In this document: positions 56,982 through 64,000 of the stretch, one piece after another
Layout: every line of letters begins with the position of its first letter
Position numbering within the stretch: position 1 is the stretch's first letter
Source: Candidatus Latescibacterota bacterium
GTDB taxonomy: Bacteria > Latescibacterota > UBA2968 > UBA8231
Assembly (NCBI GenBank): GCA_965204725.1
Contig: OZ242005.1
Span: 4,928,001 to 4,992,000 of the forward strand
Reading direction: 5' to 3'
Length of the DNA stretch: 64,000 nucleotides
The notes under the pieces: model-generated
Told to the model about the DNA's origin: nothing
What the model saw: the letters and a program-made list of their open reading frames with translations, nothing else
Databases searched by the model: none
Position numbers and translations under genes: made by a program

Positions 56982-58532
56982 ATGTCCACATCGCACGATG
57001 TCGTCATTGCCGGGGCTGGAGCAGCGGGTGCGGTTCTCGCGGCGCGGCTCAGCGAGGATCGGAGTCGGTCGGTCTTGCTGCTGGAGGCCGGGCCGGATTT
57101 CGCTACGGTTGCAGACTTGCCCGAGGAGATTCGCTACGCTTATGGGCGCGATCGCAATCTCTGGGATCGCGCCTTTGGCTTGGGCACCCAATTTGGCTGG
57201 GGCTACCGCGCCCGGGCCACGGACCTGCACCCCGACTTCTTTGTGCCCCGCGGCAAAATCGTCGGCGGGTCGAGTGCGGTCAACGCGCAGATTTTTCTGC
57301 GCGGAGTGCCCGAAGACTACGACTCGTGGGCCGCGGCGGGCAACGACCTGTGGAGCCACGACGCCCTGTTGCCCTTTTTGTGCCGCCTCGAAGCCGACCC
57401 CGACTACGGCGACGCCCCGTACCACGGGGCCGACGGCCCCATTCGCGCTCGGCGGTTCAAAGATCACGAGCTCAACCCCGAGCACCGCGCCTTCTACGAG
57501 GCCGCGCTCGCCGCTGGCTACCCGGACTGCCCCGATCACAACGACCCTGCTTCCACCGGCGTCGGCCCCTTGCCCCTCAACAATGCCGAGGGCATCCGCT
57601 GGAGTTCTAACATCGGCTACCTCAACCCGGCTCGCGGTCGCCCCAATCTCACCATTCAAGCCAACACCCAAGTCCAGCGCGTGCTCTTTACCGGCCCGTG
57701 CGCTACCGGCCTACTCGTCGAGCGCGACGGTGCCCTCTCCGCGGTCCACGGCCGAGAAATCGTACTGTGCGGTGGGGCCATTGGCTCGCCGCACCTGCTC
57801 TTGCTGTCGGGCGTCGGGCCAGCCGCGCACTTGGAGGCCATGGGCGTTGACGTGGTGTGCGACCTCCCCGGCGTCGGGCAGAATCTGCGCGACCATCCGC
57901 AAGTAAGCGCGACCTTGCGGGCCAAGGACGAGTATCTCGGCGACGGCACGGAGCCGCGGCTGCAAGTGGGCCTGCGCTATACCGCCACCAGATCGGACTG
58001 GCGCAACGACATGTTCATTATCCCGAACTCCTTTGCCACGACCGAGGGCGACTCCAAACCCTTGGGCTTTTACTTGGTCGGCTGCATCTACTTGGCTGAG
58101 GGACAGGGCGAACTCAAACTGGCTTCCACCGACCCGCACGTGCAGCCCATGCTCGATTACAACTACTTGGCCGCGGCTTCAGACCGCGCCCGCCTGCGCG
58201 AATCCATTCACATCATCCTTGACCTGCTCAAGCACGACGCGCTCAACGCGCTCGTCGCCGAGCGCATCGGCCCAACCGACGCCGAACTCGAAACCGACGA
58301 TGCCCTTGACGAGTGGATGCGGCGCGAAGTGACTACCAGCCACCACGTCTCCTCGACTTGCAAGATGGGACCGGCGAGCGACTCCATGGCCGTCGTCAAT
58401 CAGTACGGCGAGGTTCACGGCCTCAAAAACCTGCGCGTGGCCGACGCGGCTATTATGCCCGACTGCGTACGCGCCAACACCAACATTACTTCCATGGCCA
58501 TCGGCGAGCGCATCGCCGATCTCATGCGCTGA
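56982..58532 (+). CDS. GMC oxidoreductase (choline dehydrogenase/MftG-like)
   Basis: GAGAAG, PRGKIVGGSSAVN, GVG.NL.DHP, H.SSTCKMG, ANTN. Confidence 0.92.
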   Translation: MSTSHDVVIAGAGAAGAVLAARLSEDRSRSVLLLEAGPDFATVADLPEEIRYAYGRDRNLWDRAFGLGTQFGWGYRARATDLHPDFFVPRGKIVGGSSAVNAQIFLRGVPEDYDSWAAAGNDLWSHDALLPFLCRLEADPDYGDAPYHGADGPIRARRFKDHELNPEHRAFYEAALAAGYPDCPDHNDPASTGVGPLPLNNAEGIRWSSNIGYLNPARGRPNLTIQANTQVQRVLFTGPCATGLLVERDGALSAVHGREIVLCGGAIGSPHLLLLSGVGPAAHLEAMGVDVVCDLPGVGQNLRDHPQVSATLRAKDEYLGDGTEPRLQVGLRYTATRSDWRNDMFIIPNSFATTEGDSKPLGFYLVGCIYLAEGQGELKLASTDPHVQPMLDYNYLAAASDRARLRESIHIILDLLKHDALNALVAERIGPTDAELETDDALDEWMRREVTTSHHVSSTCKMGPASDSMAVVNQYGEVHGLKNLRVADAAIMPDCVRANTNITSMAIGERIADLMR

Positions 58533-58563
58533 AAGCAAACGAAAACGGATACGGAGAGATACC

Positions 58564-59391
58564 ATGAAAATCAGCTTTACGACGTTGGGCTGTCCAGATT
58601 GGGACTTGGACACGATTTGCCGCCGAGGCCGCGAATACGGCTACGATGGCGTCGATTTCCGCGGGTTGCAGGAGACGATGGACATTACCCGATTGCCGGC
58701 GTTCACCAGCGGAGCGGCCCAGACCCGACGCCAGCTAGCAGACGCTGGCATGGAGGTCTCGGGGATTAGCTCCAGCATCCGGGTCTGTGTGCCGGAGAAG
58801 CTAAAGGAGAACGTAGAGGAAGCGCGGCGCTCGATCCCAGTGGCCAAGGCGTTGGGCTGTGGAGCGATCCGGGTTTTTGGCGGCGGTGACTCCCAGACTT
58901 ATGCCAAGGAGGAGCTGGCCGACATCGGGCGGGCGACGATGGAACAGATCCTAGCATTGGATGGGGCCTGCGAACTCAAGTGGCTTTTTGAAACCCACGA
59001 TGAGTGGATCAAGGCGGTGGAGTGCAAGCTGCTGCTCGACCGCATTCCCAACGCGGCTTTCGGCGTACTCTGGGACATGGGCCACACGGCACGTGTCGGG
59101 GAGGAGTCGCCGGAGCAGACCTATCAGGCGGTGGGGCCGCGCATAAGCTATACCCACGTCAAGGACGCGGTCTATGATCCCGAGCACACCGCGGCGATGA
59201 GGGACGGTTGGCACTATGTGCCGCCGGGCGCGGGCCAGTTGCCCTTAGCCGAGGCCATAGCCCTGCTCAAGGGGCACGGGTACGATGGCTGGATCATGTT
59301 TGAGCACGAGAAGCGCTGGCATCCCGAACTAGAGGCTCCCGAGGACATATTCCCGATTTTTTCGGCTTGGGCGAGGCCGTTGCTCGGTTAG
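58564..59391 (+). CDS. Sugar-phosphate isomerase/epimerase (TIM barrel)
   Basis: FTTLGCP.W, GYDGVDFR, ETHD, WD..H, HVKD, EHEKRW. Confidence 0.88.
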   Translation: MKISFTTLGCPDWDLDTICRRGREYGYDGVDFRGLQETMDITRLPAFTSGAAQTRRQLADAGMEVSGISSSIRVCVPEKLKENVEEARRSIPVAKALGCGAIRVFGGGDSQTYAKEELADIGRATMEQILALDGACELKWLFETHDEWIKAVECKLLLDRIPNAAFGVLWDMGHTARVGEESPEQTYQAVGPRISYTHVKDAVYDPEHTAAMRDGWHYVPPGAGQLPLAEAIALLKGHGYDGWIMFEHEKRWHPELEAPEDIFPIFSAWARPLLG

Positions 59392-59394
59392 CTG

Positions 59395-60708
59395 ATGATG
59401 CAGCTACACTATCCCAAGGTCGCCCTGCACGTCCCGTCCCTGCTCTTGCCGCGAGCCGATATTCCCCTCGAAACGTGGTCGGTCATTGCCTGCGATCAGT
59501 ACACCTCCCAGCCCGAATACTGGGAGAAGGTGCAGGGGATTGTCGGAGCCAATCCTTCGACGCTCCAGCTAATTTTTCCCGAAGCCGACCTCAAGTCGGT
59601 TTGCCGCGCACAGACCATCGCCGGCATTAACCAGCGGATGCAGGAGTATCTCAGCAGTGGCGTACTGGTAGAGCAGCCGCCCGGTTTCATGCTGGTGGAG
59701 CGGGAGGTGGGACGTGCGGTGCCGCGCAAGGGACTGGTCGTCGCCTTGGACTTGGAGCAGTACGACTACCGCGACGGAGCACAAAAGCTGATTCGCCCGA
59801 CCGAGGGCACGGACCAGAGCCGACTGCCTCCGAGAATCCAAGTGCGGGAGAAGGCGTTGCTGGAAACGCCGCACATCCTCGTGCTGATTGACGACCCGCA
59901 GCAGACGGTGATTGAGCCGCTGGGCGAAGAAGATCTGAAGCCGGCCTACGATGTCGAGCTGATGCTAGGCGGCGGTCGCCTTAGAGGCTGGCGTATTGAC
60001 GATGGGACGCTAATTGACCAGATCGCCGGGCGCATCGACCGCCTCGCGTGTGGTACGCCGCCGCTGATCTACGCGCTGGGCGACGGCAACCACTCCTTCG
60101 CCACCGCGTACGCTGTCTGGGAGCGTCTCAAGGCGGAGGCCGGGGACGAGGATCGGATAATGAATCACCCGGCGCGCTACGCTTTGGTCGAACTGGTCAA
60201 TATCCACGACGAGGGGCTGGAGTTCGCGCCGATCCATCGGATGGTTTTCGGGGTAGATGCGGCCGATCTTTTGCGGTCCATGGAGACCTACTGCACACAG
60301 TGGGGATTTAGCCATCGGACCTTTGCCAATCGGGACGAGTGGGAGGCGGCCTGTCGCGCAGCGGCCCTCGGCCCGGGACACCACATTCCCTATATAAGCA
60401 GGACCGAGCGCGGCCTGTTGGGCATTGCCAACGCTAGCTTCCAACTCGAAGTAGCGTCCCTACAGGTCTTTTTGGACCGCTATCTCGAGGCGCATCCCCG
60501 CGCTCGCCTCGACTACATCCACGGCGAGGATGCGCTAGAGAAGTTGGCTGTGGGGCCGGACCGCATCGGCTTCTTGCTGCCGGCCATGGACAAGCGCGAC
60601 TTGTTCGAGACGATCGTCGCCGACGGGGCCACGCCGCGCAAGACATTTTCGCTGGGCGAGGCCGCAGAGAAGCGCTACTACTTGGAGTGTCGGCGGCTAG
60701 GGTGGTGA
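59395..60708 (+). CDS. DUF1015 family protein
   Basis: WS.IACDQYTSQPEYW, IRPTEGT, GDGNHS.ATA, PRKTFS.GEA.EKRYYLE. Confidence 0.88.
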   Translation: MMQLHYPKVALHVPSLLLPRADIPLETWSVIACDQYTSQPEYWEKVQGIVGANPSTLQLIFPEADLKSVCRAQTIAGINQRMQEYLSSGVLVEQPPGFMLVEREVGRAVPRKGLVVALDLEQYDYRDGAQKLIRPTEGTDQSRLPPRIQVREKALLETPHILVLIDDPQQTVIEPLGEEDLKPAYDVELMLGGGRLRGWRIDDGTLIDQIAGRIDRLACGTPPLIYALGDGNHSFATAYAVWERLKAEAGDEDRIMNHPARYALVELVNIHDEGLEFAPIHRMVFGVDAADLLRSMETYCTQWGFSHRTFANRDEWEAACRAAALGPGHHIPYISRTERGLLGIANASFQLEVASLQVFLDRYLEAHPRARLDYIHGEDALEKLAVGPDRIGFLLPAMDKRDLFETIVADGATPRKTFSLGEAAEKRYYLECRRLGW

Positions 60709-60718
60709 GCGTTTGGGC

Positions 60719-61594
60719 CTATTCTGAGTAGTCGTATTTCCGGTTGCGGCTGATGTAGTCGATCGGTCCATCGACAAATTCCGCCACCGTCTCCAACGCA
60801 CTACCTGCAAACAGGTCTTCTGTCCCTTTGGGAAACAAGAGCGACTTCCTCGTGTGCCACCAGCGCACCCAGTGGATCATGGCGATCATTGGGCGGGGCT
60901 GGTCCGTGAGGTTGGGCATGCCGCGATGCCAGAGACGCATGTCGCGGATTAGCACACTGCCGACGGGTACGCTCGGCTGTAGAGGCTTGCACTCGGCGCG
61001 GCGGCGTTCTTCGATTGCGGGCGGCAGCTTGATGTCGCCGTCGTCAAGGACACGGGTGGGGTCGTTGATGGCGCGGGTGGTGTCTAGGTGAGTGCCGGGC
61101 CACAGTTCGGTGCTGCCGTTTGCCGGCGTGGCATCGACGACCGGCACATTGACGACAATGCCATAGGCCGGCGTCGCCACTTTGAGGTTGGGCCAAAGCT
61201 GACCCGCGTCAACGTGGAGGGGCTGCGGGGTGGTATTGGGCAAGCAGGTGTTGCCGCTGTAGAAGGCGTTTTTGACGCCCGCGCCGAGTACGGCCTGCGT
61301 TACTTCGACGACGAGGTCGTTGACTAGCACGTCGCGGAAGAGGTACGGCGGAAAGGGCGGCGGATCCTGCTGTAGGTGGCCGTTGTTGAACTGATAGGGG
61401 ACGTCGGAGAGGGCGAGGATCTGTTCGACATCGGCGAGCATGCGCTCGCGCAACATTTCGATATGTGCGGGATCAATGGCGCGGTGCAGGACGACGAAGC
61501 CATCGTCGTGCAGGGCGGCAACGGCCTGTTGCAGGTGCTCCGGTTTTAGCCGGCGGGTGCCGTGTTCGGCCGCGCTCAGTTCCAACTCAACCAT
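60719..61594 (-). CDS. PhyH-family dioxygenase (KanJ-like)
   Basis: DGFVVL, GNT.LP, QPLHVD, NGSTELWPGTH, RD.RLWHRG.PN. Confidence 0.9.
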   Translation of the reverse strand: MVELELSAAEHGTRRLKPEHLQQAVAALHDDGFVVLHRAIDPAHIEMLRERMLADVEQILALSDVPYQFNNGHLQQDPPPFPPYLFRDVLVNDLVVEVTQAVLGAGVKNAFYSGNTCLPNTTPQPLHVDAGQLWPNLKVATPAYGIVVNVPVVDATPANGSTELWPGTHLDTTRAINDPTRVLDDGDIKLPPAIEERRRAECKPLQPSVPVGSVLIRDMRLWHRGMPNLTDQPRPMIAMIHWVRWWHTRKSLLFPKGTEDLFAGSALETVAEFVDGPIDYISRNRKYDYSE

Positions 61595-61599
61595 GGCGT

Positions 61600-62589
61600 T
61601 CAGGCGCAGGTTGGGTCTTCAAGCGGCCAGCGATTGAAGGAAGGCAAGTTTTGGCCCGTCAGTTTTTCGCGGGCGTCGTACCACGATTGCGCCCAAGCCG
61701 CTGGGTCGCGCAGTTCGCTTGCGGGGTCTTTGCGGCTGCGGGCGACAAACCCGGGAAAGAGCGGCCGGCCGCTGGGCTGGCCGGTGGGATTGTAGCGGAG
61801 GTCAAAGCTGATTCGCACCTGCTCGCTGACGTTGGGCAACGACGAATGGCAAGTCCGCCGGTGCATGAAGAGCACATCGCCGCGCTTTAACTCGGCGGTG
61901 ACGATGCGGTTGAGAGCGAGGTCTTGGTCGCGGATAAAGTGGCCGACGCCCTTGAGTGAGCAGTGGTGCAACAGCCCGTCGCGGTGGCTGCCGGCGACGA
62001 CTTCGATACAGCCGTGCTCGCGCAAGGCGTTGGTCAGCGGCACCCACACGGTGAGCATGTCGGTCTCGTCGGCCTCGGGCAGAACCACGCCGTTGTCTTG
62101 ATGCCAAGGCGTGGCACCAACGGCAAAGCCCGCGATGCGGCCGTGGTGGTCCTTGGGGATGCCGGGCAAGTACTGCTCGGGCGGTTTGATGCGGATGTGC
62201 TGGACGGGGTTGGAGTAGATTTCCGGGCCGATGAGGTTTTCGATGATGTCGAGGAGCTTTTCGTTGCGCAGCATCGCAAAGGTGGCGGGGCCAACCGCGA
62301 TGGGCGAATCCGCGCAGATGCCGCCTTGAGGCAGCGAGATGTCGAAGTGCTGGGCGTAAATTTGGCCGGTTTCGTTGTATATCTGGCAGAGGCGCTCGTC
62401 AAAGCCGAGGTCGGCGTAGGTGGAGGTCAGTTGACCTGCGGCGAAAAGCTCGTTGGCGAGGCGGTCAAGGACTTCGTCGTATTCGGCCAAGACGGGGTCG
62501 ATGTCGGCGGCGGGGTCGAGGAGGTCTTCGACGAGAACGAAGCCGCGCTCGCGGTAGTGGTCGAGTTGGGACGGAGTTAATTGGGACAT
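61600..62589 (-). CDS. PhyH-family dioxygenase
   Basis: RGF, TPWHQD, GSH, HSSLPN, RISFDLRY. Confidence 0.92.
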   Translation of the reverse strand: MSQLTPSQLDHYRERGFVLVEDLLDPAADIDPVLAEYDEVLDRLANELFAAGQLTSTYADLGFDERLCQIYNETGQIYAQHFDISLPQGGICADSPIAVGPATFAMLRNEKLLDIIENLIGPEIYSNPVQHIRIKPPEQYLPGIPKDHHGRIAGFAVGATPWHQDNGVVLPEADETDMLTVWVPLTNALREHGCIEVVAGSHRDGLLHHCSLKGVGHFIRDQDLALNRIVTAELKRGDVLFMHRRTCHSSLPNVSEQVRISFDLRYNPTGQPSGRPLFPGFVARSRKDPASELRDPAAWAQSWYDAREKLTGQNLPSFNRWPLEDPTCA

Positions 62590-62721
62590 GGCCGGCCTCT
62601 CCTACTGACCGTTTCTCCTTGATAGATTGCTCTATTATTGGTCTATTAGGGACAGTCGAAAGTACAACAAAAACATCTTGAGAGTCAAGAAACGATCCTT
62701 CACTCTAGATTGGAGTCGAGC

Positions 62722-63954
62722 ATGAAACTCAACCGCGACGAATTTCTGGAAACGGGCTACCTCATCGTCAAGGAAGCCGTGCCCCGCGACAAACTCGAAC
62801 GCGTCCGGCAGGCGTACGAGACGCTCGTCAACCGCCAACGCGAAAATTGGCAGGCCGAGCGCACGGAAAGTGATCCACCCGGGGGCGTCTGGGAGACCGC
62901 GCCGCAGCCTCGCCTGCAACTTTCAAGGCCGCCACTCGTCCATCAGATTGACCCAGAGACCGCGCCAGCGGTGGAGGTCTGGCTCGAGGAGAACATCCAC
63001 GGCGTCAGCACCGAGCTCCTCAAGATAGCGGACGGAGCCGTCACCGAAATGATGATGATGTGCAATCCCGTCCGCGATCACGGCCCGGCAAAATGGCACC
63101 GCGATCTCCACCCCATCGACACGGCGCCGCTCCAAGGCTATATCGACGACATCCTCGAAGGCGGCCCGCGGTACGTCCAATGGAACATCCCGCTCTACGA
63201 AGATAGCGTCCTGTGGGTGATACCGGGCAGCCATCTGCGGCTGAACACGCCCGAAGAAAACGAAGCGATGTTGGCCGATCCCCGCCGCCCGTTGCCCCAT
63301 GGCGTCCAGACGCACCTCGAAGCCGGGGATGGCGTCGTCTATATCCTCCCGATTCTCCATTGGGGCAGCAACTACAGCCCCAAAATGCGGCGAACCGTTC
63401 ACGGTGGCTTCTCGACCTATACTTCAATAGACGAGCTCTCGTTTACCGACCATCTCTCCGCGGACGCCCAAGCGGCGTTCACGCGCTGGAACGACCGCAG
63501 TGAGAAGATGAAGCAGCACACGGAATCGGCTCTGCGGGCCGTTGTCGCCGGCGATGGTGCCGCATACCTGAGTGCCCTAGACGGCCTCCACCCAGAGCGG
63601 GCCGAGAAAGGCCGAATGCTGTCAACGGTCTTCCTCTGCAAGGCCGCTCTTGCGATTCGCCTGCAAAAGGCCCCTCCGCTTGGTGGAGTTGCCGAAGATC
63701 TCCAAAATCGCGTTCTCGGGAAGCACCCCATCACGCTCAACTGGGGGCCGAAATTCGCCGATCGCTTCACCCCGGATGAGGCGCGCTTGCTTTGGGATCG
63801 CTTCAGTCCGCTCGAGGCCCTGCTCCAAGCGGATGAAGAACACTTTGTGCCGGGCTTCCAAGCCACCCCCATGAAGCACTACTTCAACGAAATGCCGGCG
63901 GGCTACGGTACGGCCGACTTCATCGCTAGTTGGCAGGCCGTGAGCCGACCGTAG
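62722..63954 (+). CDS. PhyH-family dioxygenase with C-terminal extension
   Basis: FLETGY, WHRD, VIPGSH, LHWGSNY...RRT.H. Confidence 0.88.
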   Translation: MKLNRDEFLETGYLIVKEAVPRDKLERVRQAYETLVNRQRENWQAERTESDPPGGVWETAPQPRLQLSRPPLVHQIDPETAPAVEVWLEENIHGVSTELLKIADGAVTEMMMMCNPVRDHGPAKWHRDLHPIDTAPLQGYIDDILEGGPRYVQWNIPLYEDSVLWVIPGSHLRLNTPEENEAMLADPRRPLPHGVQTHLEAGDGVVYILPILHWGSNYSPKMRRTVHGGFSTYTSIDELSFTDHLSADAQAAFTRWNDRSEKMKQHTESALRAVVAGDGAAYLSALDGLHPERAEKGRMLSTVFLCKAALAIRLQKAPPLGGVAEDLQNRVLGKHPITLNWGPKFADRFTPDEARLLWDRFSPLEALLQADEEHFVPGFQATPMKHYFNEMPAGYGTADFIASWQAVSRP

Positions 63955-64000
63955 TTTCGCCGACAACAGCTATATCAACTATGGAGAGACGAAAATGAGC

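Noticed and set aside
63995-64000. Start of a further gene (GGAG...ATGAGC)
   Set aside because: Only two codons lie inside the window, so it cannot be called.

Overview
GC-rich bacterial chromosome segment, densely coding (about 50 genes). Core and metabolic genes: partial pheA, pnuC, sat, ettA, uvrA, moaB, gltA-raiA-pntAA/AB/B-gltBD, a TrmH methylase and a ClC. Six PhyH-type Fe(II)/2-oxoglutarate dioxygenases and many Gfo/Idh/MocA, GMC and TIM-barrel sugar enzymes are interspersed among them. Secreted proteins carry the 'NxPNPFNPxT' FlgD-Ig/secretion-tail module, a dockerin-like pair and LDL-receptor YWTD repeats. This profile suggests a Latescibacterota/Poribacteria-like, possibly sponge-associated organism (inference only). 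Accessory DNA: (i) an AT-richer restriction-modification island whose HNH nuclease is split by a complete IS5-family element, with the two halves out of frame; (ii) a ~4 kb segment holding an Mrr-like nuclease and a YWTD-repeat surface protein, bounded by a 30-bp inverted repeat (29/30) embedded in highly structured non-coding DNA, with a sigma70 promoter just outside pointing in. This candidate invertible, phase-variable cassette is the best lead for an undescribed system; (iii) a Schlafen/AlbA-ATPase gene. Other leads: a ClC with Gln at the gating-glutamate position, an internally duplicated membrane protein heading a GMC/Gfo operon, a nucleotidyltransferase-uvrA operon and several candidate structured RNAs. 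All calls were made by eye; no searches were run.
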